Shown: piece after piece, positions 1 to 13,308 of the stretch | Numbering within the stretch: position 1 is the stretch's first letter | Layout: each line of letters starts with the position of its first letter | NCBI GenBank assembly: GCA_951406725.2 | Contig: OX597821.1 | Location: 40,796,001-40,860,000, forward strand | Source: Octopus vulgaris | Lineage: Eukaryota | DNA: 64,000 bases | Direction of reading: 5' to 3' | Translations under genes and position numbers: made by a program | Notes under the pieces: model-generated | Told to the model about the DNA's origin: nothing | What the model saw: the letters and a program-made list of their open reading frames with translations, nothing else | Databases searched by the model: none

Positions 1-457
1 GAAATAATTGTTAAGCATTGGTTAGATAGTGTATGCAATGGAAGGTCATATGCATTTCATTAAGACTCTGCACTACCATACATGGCTCTAGAACCACAGG
101 AATGGATGGCTGACAATTTTCATGATCACATAACCCCTAACATTTGACCTTCTAATTCCCTAGGTCACAATCCATTGGACTATTGCATGTGAAATACAAC
201 CATAACACCAAAGATTCTTTGAAAACTGTCATAGTCAGAGTAATGTCCAAAATGAACCAGGAGCAATTGATTCTAGCATGTATATGATTTAGATCTCATA
301 TAGAAGCAGTTGTTGAAGCTGAAGGTGGTTTTATTGAATAACATTATAGAAAAGAAGGCTTATTCCTATCTTCATAGCATCTTTTGATATCTGTTATTAT
401 ATATCTGTTCTTTTTTTTATAAACATAAATCTGTCCTCGAATATCTTACGCACCCTG
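1..457 (+). mobile_element. 3' part of a decayed DD37D (maT/Bmmar1-type) Tc1/mariner transposon
   Basis: Frame 1 reads ...YAFH*DSALPYMALEPQEWMADNFHDHITPNI*PSNSLGHNPLDYCM*, matching QQDSAP..WPPNSPDLNPLDY with 37 residues between the two Asp. The C-terminus is FRSHIEAVVEAEGGFIE*. The right end ...ACGCACCCTG lies just before a (TA)n tract. Confidence 0.88.
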
Positions 458-459
458 CC

Positions 460-492
<33 letters not shown>

Positions 493-525
493 CTGTGTCT
501 GTGTCTGTGTATATATATATACATA

Positions 526-559
<34 letters not shown>

Positions 560-825
560 TATATACATATGAGGCAGCACAAAGTTTTGTCAGTGTACAG
601 GTTGCGGCCTGAAAGTGACGAAAATATTTTGACAAATTAAATTTAAATGTTGAGTGAATCTAACGGTTTTTGTGTGTTTCTTAAATGGCTTATAAACACC
701 TTCCACGCTGCAATTGTTTTCATTCCAGCACATGATCTCAGATCAAGTCACTCGCTATGCATGTACATCTACGTAATACATACATGATGTTTTTCATGTC
801 ATGTCTCTGAAGATGACTTGGTTAG

Positions 826-986
826 TTGCTTTACATTCTGAGTTCAAATTCCACCAAGGTTGGCTTTGCTTTTCATCCTTGCAGAGTCAATAAATTTAAG
901 TACCAGTGAAACACTGGGGTAGATGTAATCGACTAGTTCCCCTTCCTCCCAAATTTCAGGCCTTGTGCCTTTAGTAGAAAGGATTA
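826..986 (+). mobile_element. 5'-truncated tRNA-derived SINE, family A
   Basis: B-box GAGTTCAAATTCC followed by the core GCTTTTCATCCTT..AATAAATTTAAGTACCAG shared with about ten other copies in the window. Confidence 0.85.
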
Positions 987-1012
987 ATACATAATCAAGG
1001 GAGTATTTAATC

Positions 1013-1210
1013 CAGTGATTCTCAGCCTTTTTGATATTCAGGCCAGATAAAAAAAAAACTTGGTTTGTAGGGAGGGGGGGCACCAAAAAATAGTAAAACA
1101 AATCAAAATAGAAAACTTTATTATATTTATAGAGAGAAAACCGTCAAGGGCCACCAGAAGGATACTTGAGGGCCACATGAAGCCCTAAGTGCCATGGTTG
1201 AGAACCTCTG
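1013..1210. mobile_element. hAT (Charlie-like) MITE
   Basis: Terminal inverted repeats CAGTGATTCTCAGCC / GGTTGAGAACCTCTG, GGGCC subterminal motifs and a degenerate 8-bp TSD. Confidence 0.65.
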
Positions 1211-1931
1211 ATCTAAATAATTATTTGATAGGCATAAAATAGCAGCTGATTCTCCTTAGTACCATTCTCCCTTAATCTATTAAACAATGTCTTCCATTAT
1301 ACCTTTACAACTTAGAATGATCACAGATAGAACAAGCTTTGCTCATGGCTGTGCTTAACATGGGCTGAGCTAAACAAGTGTTGAGTAATTTTCCATTTGG
1401 AGGAATCGACAACAACCAATGCAGAAATATTACACATTCTCATTATGAATCTCATAATTATGAGTTCCAATAGCTTTGCATGAAACCTGTTTTATTCCTG
1501 ATGTGTGGGTGAACTGTCATATTCGCTGAATTATCATGTGGATGTATGTGTGTATCAGCAAACGTGTGTTTGTATTTGTGGCTATGTTTTTGTGATTATA
1601 TGTGAGTGCAGCGATCTACAATTATACATGCATGTGTATGTACATGTGTATCTGAATATGCACAGGTGTGTGTGTGTGTGTTTGTGTGTGTGTGCATACA
1701 TATAGCTTTAATACCACAGCTCAAGGGAAAATATTTCTTGCATGCTAAAAGATTGCAGAGAATTTCTACACTCGAATTATTTAATAATTACTCTCAGTGC
1801 CTTGATTACTTGGCTAATTAATTAGTCAATTAGTATCAGAAGAATGACTGAAGAGGCATATATGCAACTTAACTTGATATTAAATGGCCACACTTCACAA
1901 ACCACGAAAGAGAAGACACTTATTAAAAGTA

Positions 1932-1990
1932 GCAACATCAACAACAACAACAACAACCACAACTGCAACAACAACTAATACAAAAACGAT

Positions 1991-2021
<31 letters not shown>

Positions 2022-2112
2022 GCAACTACTATTACTACAACTGCTACTACTACTATTATTACTACTACTGCTGCTGCTGCTGTAATAACAACAGCAACAA
2101 TAATAATAACAA
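1932..2112. repeat. compound (CAA)n/(ACT)n/(GCT)n microsatellite
   Basis: Directly visible; it produces the poly-T/V/S ORFs. Confidence 0.95.
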
Positions 2113-2135
2113 CGTTCATAATGTTTTACTTTCAG

Positions 2136-2164
2136 TCTTTTTATCTTCAAGAATTATGCAAAAG
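2136..2164 (+). CDS. candidate 29-nt penultimate exon (LFIFKNYAK) of an unidentified gene
   Basis: Acceptor TTTTACTTTCAG and donor AAG|GTGAGT; phase compatible with the candidate exon at 4222. Confidence 0.4.
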
Positions 2165-2473
2165 GTGAGTAATTTTCCATTTAGAAAAATCACCTTTTAT
2201 AATGAAAAACAGAGATCAGCAGTAAGAACTTGTTTCTGTCTTTATTCAGAGTTCATTTTCATGACTTTTCTTCTTATTGTTTAACTGATAGTTCTGCCGA
2301 TTCAAGTAATTATAAAATCTACAAGATGAGGAAAAATAGAGAAGAAAATGCTTCTATTATATTGGTATTTTTTTACCTTTTTTTCATCTTATGTTACATT
2401 TAAACTTGTAAAATCCAAAGTTTGTTTCCATTTCTGGTTTCAGTAGCTCTTCAGATTTGAATATTTTCAAGTA

Positions 2474-3619
2474 TTGGGTCATCCCATAAATAATGCGTTT
2501 TTTTCAATTGCATGAAGTAAAAATTGGAGGGGGATGGGATAAACTACCTGCATCACCCTGCTATAAAAGCAGGTAGTGATTTTATCTTGTTTTATATTTG
2601 GTGCAAGTTTTGAAGAGTGCAGTTTGATTTTAACAGTTATTTTTCAAAGCTGTAATAGAAGTGACAAAGGAACATATTTGGCATATTTTGCTTTATGAGT
2701 TCAATAAAGGCAATAACGCAACTGAAAGTGCGAAGAATATTAATGCAGTATATGGGGATTGGACAATAAGTGTAAGCTAGTATCAACAGTGGTTTTTGAA
2801 ATTCTGAGCCAGAAGCTACAGCCTAGAAGACGAGTCTCATCCTGGAAGATCAGTAGAGCTCGATGAGGATGTCCTGCAAACCCTGGTGGAACAAAATCCC
2901 ACCGTAACTGTTGAGGAACTAGAGGAGAAGCTTGGATTTGGTCATTCAACCATTTATTGACACCTGCGCACCATCGGAAAAGTCAGCACATTGGGTCAAT
3001 GGGTTCTGAGTCTAATCATGTGCAGAGAGTGAATTTGTGCTCTTCTTTGCTGTCATGTCTCAGGAATGAACCTTTTTTGGACCGGATAGTGACTGCTGAT
3101 GAGAAATGGGTTCTCTATAAAAATGTCAAGTGCGAAAGAGTGTGGATAGGGAGAGGAGAAACGCCTTCACCCCATGCTAAAAAAAGGTCTTCACCCATGA
3201 AATGTGTTGTTATCTGTTTGGTGGGATATGAAAGGTTTAGTCCACTTTGAACTTTAAACCCAAACCAAATAACAAAGGAGATCTACTGTGAGCAACTTGA
3301 GTGGCTTAAGTCAGAAGAAAAAAATGACCATCTTTGGTTTCAAGATGAAAGGTGTTCCTCCATCAGAATAATGTTCAGCCACATACAGCAGTCTTCAAAA
3401 TCATTTGGATGGAAAAAATATGAATTCTGTGGAGGAGGTCAGAACAGTACCTGAGGAGTATCATTTTGGAAGTGGGGCCTTCCAAGTCTACCAGATAAAT
3501 GGAAGGGCATTGTAGAAAATGAAGGAGAGTATATTTTAGATTAAAAAAAAACGTTTTCCATCTTAAATTTGAAAAATAAAATAAGTGTAAAAAACTGCAT
3601 TATTTATGGGACGACTGAA
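2474..3619 (+). mobile_element. decayed mariner transposon (mellifera/cecropia-like) with internal deletion
   Basis: TIRs TTGGGTCATCCCATAAATAATGC / GCATTATTTATGGGACGACTGAA, preceded by TA. Transposase remnants include EHIWHILLYEFNKG, GQWV, EPFLDRIVTADEKWVLY and VENEGEYILD*. The YSPDL region is deleted and there are several stops and frameshifts. Confidence 0.95.
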
Positions 3620-4221
3620 CATTATGGAATAGATTCAACAGGCAGCTTTGTACCATCCTGCCTTTATTATGGAATCTGATTCTTTTTCAAACTTTTCAAC
3701 CATGATGATAGAATCTCTTGAATAATGTTACTCTACAGAATGCAAAGCTTGGAGATCAGTGAGTTTCTCCAGGTCAGATCACCATGTTGATGCCTTGAGA
3801 GGTGACAGTTCTGGTATTTTCTGGTATTGCAGACATATAAGATGTCACAGGAAAGAATCACAAGATGGAATCTTCAGCTTGAATCAATTGTTAAAAGACT
3901 TCAGGGATGGATAAGATCCATAGTCTCAGTATCCTAAAACCCAGCCAGAAACCCTACAGAGGAGGTACTTGAGTATTCTACTCCCACAACTCTCCCAGAA
4001 ATAGTGGGAGGAGATGATGAACGAATTGATGACCATCGAAAACAAAAATATTCCATGTAGGAAAATACCATAATTTTTTCTAGGGAAATTTAGTTTTATT
4101 GCATTCAAATTTTCTTACCTTAACCATTCTGGTTTCTTTATGTATTCCAAATTTCTTTTTCACATTTTAAGGAATGAAGGAGTCTTAAAATTATTATCTC
4201 ATCTTGTTTCTCTTTTTTCAG

Positions 4222-4268
4222 ATTCAAATTTCAACTCAAATGGAGAAAATATCACACAAAATGAATAA
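4222..4268 (+). CDS. candidate terminal coding exon (DSNFNSNGENITQNE*)
   Basis: Strong acceptor TTGTTTCTCTTTTTTCAG, open phase-1 frame to TAA, and AATAAA motifs downstream (about 4510 and 4650). Confidence 0.4.
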
Positions 4269-5534
4269 GTAAATATTAAGAAACAAATTTTAAAATATTT
4301 AAAAGTAATGGCGTGTCAATATGGCTGCAAGACTAAGACCCTCTTAGACTGAGTGAAACTAGGACTAGAGTGAGAGGCAACTATATGTTCAGTGATGAGG
4401 GACTCTATGCAGAGTGCATTATACCTGCTACTCATGTGTTATCTGAGCAACTGGGAGTTGTCTATCAATTGTTCTAATGTCATTTTTACCTTAGATCAAG
4501 GAAACATAGAATAAAGTCTTTCATTGTATCATGTACCTCTATCTGTTTTGAACTATTCAGATCTATAAGTTCTTATACGGGGAAAGAGAAATATTTACTG
4601 GTTCTTAATAAATTGTATTTATCATTTTGAACCGTTTTACACTGTAATAATAAATATTGAATTATTTTATCATAAATATAATTAAATTTTATTAATTTCA
4701 ACTTGCATTATCTCTATTCAAGTAGAAAACTATTTAGAACATTTTTGTTCTTATTAACGTGATAACCTTTTCAAATCTATAAAAAAAAGAATTTTCTATT
4801 TCATGGTTGGAAAATTTGAAAAAAATCTCTGATTCTATAAAAAAAACAAAACAAAAAAAACAAAAAAAAAAAAAACAGGGTGGTCACAGTTTGCAAACTT
4901 TCTTTGTGATGTTTGATAAATTGATGAATAAATTCTTGTTCCTTGCTAACATGTTCATATGACCACAGAAAATTTGCATATTTTTAATGCATGCATAAAG
5001 AAGAAAGTGAATGAGATGGTTTCTATTTCTGATCACAAGAAATAAAGAACACAAACAAACCCCAAAACAGACTGAAAACAATTTTGCATTTAGCGCACTC
5101 AGCTGACACAGCTGCATGTTAATACAGCATTTTTCACACTGTTAAGATGACCAGACTTCTAACTATCAATTATCAATACCCTAATCAATATCCCATAATG
5201 TCTGCATGTCTGACTTTACAGAATTGGTGATCTTAAAAATAGTTTTTAAGTATTTTTTCTTTCTCTTTTGTTGTTGCTGTTGTTGTTATTGTTGTAGCCA
5301 AGTATTTTGGTTGCTATCAATTCAGTTTTGTTTTGTAGCACCAAAATATTCCTTACAAGGAGCTTTGTTATAACACGATTCTTTCAAAGAGATTGTGGCC
5401 AAAGACTGACCAAAAAAAAATTCCTTTATAGAAAAGTTCATTATACTGGTATTCATAATAATGAAACTTCACCCTTATATATGCGTGTGTGTGTGTGTGT
5501 GTGTATATATAAATACATAAATACCTATACATAC

Positions 5535-5565
<31 letters not shown>

Positions 5566-5722
5566 TGAACACACAAACAGGTACTTGTGATGGTAGTTAC
5601 AAATAGATACATATTCAGCTTCCAGTCTAAACAGAGACATATGCAAGTGAAATGTCCTGAGCAACCCATGGGCATATATACATGTGTGGTGTGTAAGTAC
5701 ATGGGAAGTATGTGTGTGTGTG

Positions 5723-5775
<53 letters not shown>

Positions 5776-5849
5776 AAAGAGAGAGAGAGAGAAAGAGGAA
5801 GAGACATAAATAAAGACACACACACACTCACACATACATACATACATAT

Positions 5850-5980
5850 TTCCTTAATCACATGGTTCTGTGTTCAGTCCTATGGCATGGCACCCTCAGC
5901 AAATGCCTTCTACTATAGCCTCAGGCTAACAAAAGCCTTATTTGTGGATTTGGTAGACAGAAACTGAAAGAAACCTGTCA
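5850..5980 (+). mobile_element. partial SINE, family B (5' part)
   Basis: Similar to the start of the complete copy at 38859-39262 (CACATGGTTC..GTTCAGTCC..GGATTTGGTAGACAGAAACTGAAAGAA). Confidence 0.8.
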
Positions 5981-6083
5981 TACATATATATATATAACTA
6001 AGGTTCATTTGAATTAGGTACTTAAACTGAGACACCATGCTAGTTCAGTATAAGCTGCACACCCCAACAATAGTATTTGAATA

Positions 6084-6318
6084 AGGGCTGCAAGCTGTCA
6101 GAACCATTAGCACACAGGGCAAAATGCTTAGTTGTATTTTGTCTGCTGGTATTTCCTTCTGAGTTCAAATTCCACCGAGATCGACTTTGCCTTTCATTCT
6201 TTCGGGCTCGATTAAATAAGTACCAGTTATACACTGGGGTTGATGAAATCAACTTAATCTCTTGGTCTGTTCTAATTTGCCCCCTCTATGTTTAACTCCT
6301 GTGGGCAATAAAGAAATA
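6084..6318 (+). mobile_element. tRNA-derived SINE, family A
   Basis: A-box-like 5' end, B-box GAGTTCAAATTCC and shared core. Flanked by the imperfect direct repeat AATAGTATTTGAATA / AATATTAATTGAATA (TSD). Confidence 0.9.
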
Positions 6319-6526
6319 AATATTAATTGAATATTGAATATCAAGACTCCATGTAGGGGTGTTTGTACCTAATATTCCTACCATGTCGCAGACAATGCAA
6401 CCCAGTGAAGTGAAGATGTTTGCTCTTTGTAATTCAGACACGTCCTTTATATAAAGGTACTTTGTGTAGTAGTTCCAAAGTGCAGATTCTAAGTTAGGTG
6501 AACAAAATATAAATAAGGTATCATTA

Positions 6527-6610
6527 CATTATGGCCGTTTCAAGTGGCTCCTTTAATTGATCAATGAAAACATTACATTAATTTGAAAGAAACCGTTCTC
6601 ATCAGATGAC
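6527..6610 (-). ncRNA. type I hammerhead ribozyme motif (degenerate) with long stem II
   Basis: Minus strand reads CAT-CTGATGA-[GAACGGTTTCTTT..ATTAATG..CATTGAT..AAAGGAGCCACTT]-GAAA-CGGCCA-TA-ATG. Stem III is one change from the palindrome CGGCCG. Confidence 0.62.
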
Positions 6611-6959
6611 AGCATTGACTTCAAACATAAAGGATAAACCAGTTTTTAACATTTATATCAATAATGGAACTCAAAATATTTACATTGTTTCCTTTTGGTA
6701 TATCTGTGGTGGAATCTATATATTTATTATCTGAAATATATAGGGTATATAAGTGCATTTTCTACCTGACTTATGGTCCCTTAGATGACTCACACACATG
6801 TGTATATATTTATACAAATGCATGTATGTATATATTTATGGGTGCGCATTTTTGTGTCTGTTTGTCCTTCACCACCACTTAAAAACTGGTGTTTATTGTG
6901 TTTATGTCCCTGTAACTTAGTGGGCAGCAGTTGGGCATATATCCTGACTGAGGGCTGGC

Positions 6960-7345
6960 AAGCCAGATGGCTGCACCAGGATCCAATCCGATCTGGCAGA
7001 GTTTCTACAATGGGATGCCCTTCCTAATGTCAACCACTCCGAGAGTGGAGCGGGTGCTTTTACGTGCCACCTGCACAGGAGCCAGTCCAGCAGCACTGGC
7101 AATGACCTCTCTCAAATGTTGTCTTTCATGTGTCACCGGCACAAGTGCCAGTAAGGTGACACTGGTAACGATCACACTCGAATGATGCTTTATGTGCCAC
7201 AAGCACAGGAGCCACTCGGCAGCCCTGGTAATGATCACGCTCGGATGGTATTCTTAGCGCTCCACTAGTACAGATGCCAGTCATGCAGCGCTGTCATCGA
7301 ATTTCATTTCACTCACCTCAACAGGTCTTTGCAAGAGTTTCATGT
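6960..7345 (-). mobile_element. RTE-related SINE-like repeat, family C, with four internal tandem units of about 62 bp
   Basis: Units GTGCTTTTACGTGCCACC..GCCAGT..CTGGYAATGAYC; reverse-complement homologue at 13770-14112. Confidence 0.8.
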
Positions 7346-7445
7346 TCCTATTCGTCTGAGAGTTTTTGACAAAGCTGTCCAACAAACGTGAACGTGAAAC
7401 TCTGAGTAACAGGTTTTGTTATATTTCTGCTGCTTTTAAATAAAG

Positions 7446-7498
<53 letters not shown>

Positions 7499-7500
<2 letters not shown>

Positions 7501-7634
7501 TCATAATAAGCAACAAGGATATCCATGGTAGTGTAGTACAATCGTTTGATGCTACTTACAGTGTTTAATAAAATGAAGTAGCATGAAACGATTGTACTAC
7601 ACTACCTAGGATATCCTTGTTGCTTATTTTGATT
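7499..7634. repeat. inverted repeat (about 59-bp arms, 18-nt loop), probable Penelope-like terminal fragment
   Basis: 7499-7557 is the reverse complement of 7576-7634 with about 4 mismatches. It lies between (TA)n tracts and contains a GAAA-CGATTG-TA half hammerhead. Confidence 0.9.
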
Positions 7635-7708
7635 ATAATCAACCCATTTGATTTATATGGATAATACCATAAGTACCATATTCATCTGAATCTAAATTTT
7701 GCTGAACT

Positions 7709-7805
<97 letters not shown>

Positions 7806-8344
7806 GACGCACACACACACACACATCTCTAGCCATCAGTCACTCTTCTCTTGCATTCCTGTGAACTTCTTCACTCACCCTTCTTGAACCTCTGTCCCCA
7901 TTCTTTGTTGTATTCCCCCTTCGTGTACCTTGAAGGTATACACTAAAACCTCATTATCACTCTTTCCAACCACTTCTCATACAATGCATGATGTGTGGGC
8001 TATCCCTGTATCTTCTCTAAACCAAGATGCCTCCTCCTGTCCCTGTAACATGCTTTAACCTCTCAACAGCCAGTATAAAGTCATTATCTCTTTATGACTC
8101 TCCACCACCACCACCACCACACTTGGTTGAAGAGTCTTTTGCAGTCCTGTGACTCCCAAAATTGAGGTTTATGCAAAAAGAAAGCAAAGAAAACATAAGA
8201 CCTCTGCAAAATGATTGGTGTTAAGAAGTGCATTCAGCCATGGAAACTATGCTGAAGCAGACACAGAGCTTAACACTGTCTTGTGGCTTTTGTCAGATTG
8301 TCTCAGACAAGGAGAGAAGTCAGACTTAAAACCATGATATTGAC

Positions 8345-8565
8345 ATTGATAGATATATATATATATTCATACACACGTACACACACACACACAAATACAT
8401 ATATATATATATGTGTGTGTGTGTATAAATATATATACACACACGCACACATACATATATATAAAAATATATATATATATTTATAAACACGTACACACAC
8501 ATATATATAAATATATATATATGATACAAATATAAGTATATGCGCATGTGAATGAGTGTGTATAA

Positions 8566-8608
<43 letters not shown>

Positions 8609-8739
8609 TTGAGAACCTAGTATTTGTGAATTTTTTGAGAAACAGTCACAAAGGTTAACACGTGTGCATGCATGCACATAGAGGCACACAGACACGCACA
8701 TGCACATGCATAATCACATATATTTTATATTTATATATA

Positions 8740-8793
<54 letters not shown>

Positions 8794-9691
8794 GAACAGC
8801 AAATCATCATCATCATCTGAGATAGGAAAAAAGTGATGATTTGAAATAATAAGGAAGGGAACTTTAAAAATTTGAAGGAGGAGAAGGAGGAGGAGGTCAA
8901 GTCAATTATGGAAGAAGGAGGAGAGAAGAGAGAAGAAAAAGGGGAGAAAGGAGGAGGAGGAGGAGGAGTCAGAGGAGGAAGAGAGGAGTTAAAAAAGAAA
9001 AGCTAAGTGGTAAAACTGAAAATTGATATTACTTAGGAAAGGTTAAGAGGTGGGTGAGGAGAAAGGTGGAGGTGGGGAATAATGGAAGGTGTTTACAGTT
9101 TGAGGGAAAAGTGTAAAAGGACCCAGTTAATGGATTTTGAGAGATCATGTCATAATAATACCTCGTCTTGGTGGGCGTTGCGATGAAGTAAAAAAAAAAG
9201 GGGTGACAAGAATAAAGAAATGGAAAGGGAGGATAAAAATGTAAAGGGAGCTGGAATATTATCATGAAGAATATAAGAAAATAACATCACACAGACAAGG
9301 GTTTAGTAAACAAGGAGAAGAAAATAGAATCGGTAATGGTAAGGTGGAGGGTTAGAGAAATGTAAGGGGTGGGGGTAGTGCTTTGCTGGTTGGTAACCTT
9401 CAACTAAACATATAAGTATAATGCCAAAAGTATAAATAAATGAAAAAAAATGTGTAAATAAAAAGAAGAAAATAAAGAATTATTGAACAAGAGTTATGAC
9501 GACAGGTTTCTTATTGAAATAGTATGGTAATGAGGTGTGTAAAGAAACATATTTGAATATTGTAATAAGGAATCGGGAAAGCTTGCAAGTAGGAAAGGAA
9601 AAAATTGTGTACGCATTTCATGTGTATGTGTGTGTGTGTGTGTGTATATGTATGTATGTATGTATATATGTATGTGTATATATATATACAT

Positions 9692-9734
<43 letters not shown>

Positions 9735-10160
9735 CAAATATGTATATATATTGATTGTATATATATATGTATATACATATATATATACATGTGATTGTGT
9801 GTGTATGTAGAGATAGGTACATATTATTCATGCATGAATGTATGTATGCACATATATATATAGACATACAAACACATATATATGTACACACACACACACA
9901 CACAGATGCGTATATGTGCTTTTATATATATATATACACACACACATGCATATGTATACTTACATTCATATATATATATTCACCTATACATACATACACA
10001 CATATATATATATATTTATACATATACATACATACATTTATATGTATAAATATTTATACATACATGTTTATATATATGTATATGTATATATGCATGTCCA
10101 TATACATATATGTGTGTACATGGCCATCTATGTGTGTGTGTGTGTGTGTGTGTATTTCTC
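8345..10160. repeat. dense (AT)n/(AC)n/(AG)n microsatellite and purine-rich low-complexity block
   Basis: Directly visible. Confidence 0.9.
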
Positions 10161-11179
10161 TATACAGAGAGAAGAAAGTATGACATCAATTATGGAGGAA
10201 GGTAGAAAGAAAATTGAATGTAAAAATGTAAAGAGATGAAGATATTTAGTGAGGAAAGATGAAGGGAGAAGATACAGAAATAACGAGAGAAGGTACAAGA
10301 TTATATGGCTGGCATACTTAAGACAGAAGAGGGAGGAAAAAAAACAATTTTGGTTGATAAAATTATGCCATATTTTGAAGCAATGCAAATGACTGGAGAA
10401 AATGTTGCTTTCGGTTCTAAATCTAAACAAGAAATTTGGAATTGGTTATAGAATTTTGGAAGAAGGAAGGAAACTAAAATGAGAATACAAAGACATTACA
10501 GAAAGACAATTCATAGAAAAAAATTGTTTTTTGAACCTTGAAAATGTAAAAGACAACAAAACGAATTCTAGCATAACAACAATCTGAATGTGTGATAGAT
10601 TTTAATTTAAAATATTTTAGGAAACCACAGTAAGATATAGGAGAGAATTTGATTAAGAAGAATATTTTTCCCTGCAATGAAATCAAATTTTTTTTTTTAA
10701 ATAGATTTCTATGATATTAAAAATAACGAAATCTTTCAATATGTATAATCCTGAATCATCGAGTTATTGAGGTAATATTTTAAATTCTAAAAACATACAA
10801 ACGGGTTTTGAAACATCACAAATGGTAGAAGTTTTACATGTCACTTTTGCTGAAGATTTAAAAAAAATTACTTCACTGGGATATAAAAGAAAATTGGAAA
10901 ATTTTTTTAACAACAACTATGGAATATTTTTCTTTTTATTCTTCATCTATTTTATTATTAAGTTGTTTTAAAAAAGTTTTTAAAAGTTCTGGTTTTCACT
11001 AAGATGAATGAATTTTCCAATTTTGATATTTTAAACCAGTGCTAAGCATACTGAATATTTACTAACTATATCAACCTTACCTAGTTATTTTTATTTTTAA
11101 GTTTAAAACAACCAGGAAAGGTTATAGCATACACACACACACACATATGAAAAATAATGACAAACACAAGTTCATATTT

Positions 11180-11306
11180 TTAATTCCTACTTACATTTTA
11201 CCATTATGGTTTGTTGGAAATCTGCATTGTATATTCCAAGTGCATTTGGATGCTTAACAAGAACAGATCACGAAAGAACACTTTATTGAGTTAAGTTACA
11301 GAGATC
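11180..11306. mobile_element. single arm of the palindromic MITE-like family seen at 50237-50481
   Basis: TTCCAAGTGCATTTGGATGC..GATCAC..CTTTATT is similar to 50288-50342. Confidence 0.55.
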
Positions 11307-11308
11307 TA

Positions 11309-12595
11309 CAAGGTAGGGGTTAGAAGTTCATAGGCTGATTATGAATGTGTGCCTCTAGAGCTGTGAAGTCTTGCCTGAATTAATTTCAACATTTCTTATT
11401 TATAACTTCATTGTTTCTTTCCAGATAAACTGACATCTGACTGCTCAAAGAAGACTTCAAAAGTAACTAGCAGAGACATAAACTTCAAAATTGACAAAGT
11501 TTGGTATCACGGTGTTATCAAGTCCCTGCAGAAAAAGGGTTTAGTCCCAAAAGGATATTCATACTGATATGGATGCTACATTAGGGGAAGATGCTCCAGC
11601 TTTATCAGCACTGCAAAAGAAGACAGATGAATTTAGAGGAAGAGAGAGTCTTGAAGATGACCCAAGTTCTGGAAGTCCTGCAACTGTCACAACCAAGGGA
11701 AACATTGATCATGATCACCAATGGTGATAAATGACAGGCAATTGATTATTAGCATACCCTAATAATTAGCATACCCTGTGTGAGTTGAGAACATTCTGCA
11801 CAATGAACTCGGCATGTCTAAGGTTCCTGCTTGGTGAGTGCCACCTCTTCTGACATCTGATCAAAAGCACTTCAGGCTGATAACATTACAGTAAGACCTG
11901 ATACTGTTTCAGGCAAATCCAGCTGGTTTCCTCAAATGTTTCCTCAGCCAGGATGAGTGTTGGCTTCATCACTTTGAGCTGAAAACAAAAAGACAATCCA
12001 TGCAGTGGAAACATCTCTCTGCACCTGCTCCAAATAAGTCCAGAGTCGTTTCAACTGCAAGGAAGGTGATGGCCTCAGTTTTTGGGGAGGCAAAAGGCAT
12101 TGTGTTTATTGACTATTGTGGAAAGGGCCACACCATCGATGGAAGGTACTATGCGAACTTGCTGAGGCAGTTATGAAAGGACAACAAGTCCAAATGCCCA
12201 AGAAAACTGATGAAAGGGGTCTAGTTTTACTAGGACAATGTTCCAGTACACAAGTCCTTAGTTTCGCTGGATTCTGTGCTTGAATGTGGCTTTGAAGTGG
12301 TTGATCACCTTCTCTATTCTTCTGGTTTAGCTGCATCTGACTACCATCTGTTTCCAAACATGAGAAAACACTTGGCTGGGAACTATTATCACAGAGATGA
12401 TGAGGTCACATCTGCTGTTGATGATTTTTTGATCAGCAGGACGAAAGGTTCTTCACCAATGGAGTCCAAGCATTGCAACATCAATGGAAGGAGTACATGG
12501 ACTGCAAGGTGCTCTTTGTTAAAAAAATAAACCTTATTTGGCCACATTCCATGAGTGTGTCTACATCAGCCTATGATCTTTTCAGCCAACTCTTG
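11309..12595 (+). mobile_element. decayed mariner transposon, irritans (Himar1-like) lineage
   Basis: TIR cores AAGTTCATAGGCTGA / TCAGCCTATGATCTT. Transposase remnants W*VPPLLTSDQK, QDECWLHHFELKTKRQSMQW, KVMASVFGEAKGIVFIDY and YSSGLAASDYHLFPNMRKHLAG, with many disruptions. Confidence 0.93.
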
Positions 12596-13002
12596 TTGTG
12601 TGTGTGTATATAAACACACACACAGACATATATGCATATATACATACATACAAACACAAATGTATATATATATATAATATATCTATATATTCATGAGTAG
12701 ATGTGCAGAGCAGTGACTGAGAGCAAAAATGTTTAAGAGATATTGGATTGCATAAGAGAGATTTTCACTGCAGTTTGTCATGAAGAAATATAAAATATAC
12801 TAACTGGAGACAAAAACATATAAAAACACCATTGTCAGGTTAATAATTTTGGCCTAACTCATGCTAGCATGGAAAACATTAAATGATGATGACGATGATG
12901 ATGACGACGATGACAACGACGACAATGATGATGGTGATGATGATGATGATGAGGAGGAGGAGGAGGAGAAGGACAATGATGATGAAGATTATTTTTTCTT
13001 TT

Positions 13003-13308
13003 TGTTGTGGCGAGGGTCACGACACCCTTGGTGAGAATAGGCTTGACCTAATGGCTATAAATAGTAGAAGTTTGAGTGTGAGAGAGAGAGAGAGAGAGAG
13101 TAGGCTTTAATCGCATGAAGTCATGAGGTGTCGTTTTGTTGGAATATCGTTTGTTGGTTCATATATACTTCGTGGAGAGTTTGTCGGATTGTTACGTTGT
13201 TGTTACTCTGCTTTGTTATATATTTTATTGATACTACACGGTTATAGTGTAAAAGAGTATCGTCATGAATAATGGTGATACTATGATAATTGGTGACAAG
13301 TAACTACA
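13003..13308 (+). mobile_element. possible solo LTR
   Basis: About 300 bp starting TGT and ending ACA, with an internal TATAAATA, locally raised CpG and a PBS-like TGGTGAC near the end. No TSD was found. Confidence 0.35.
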
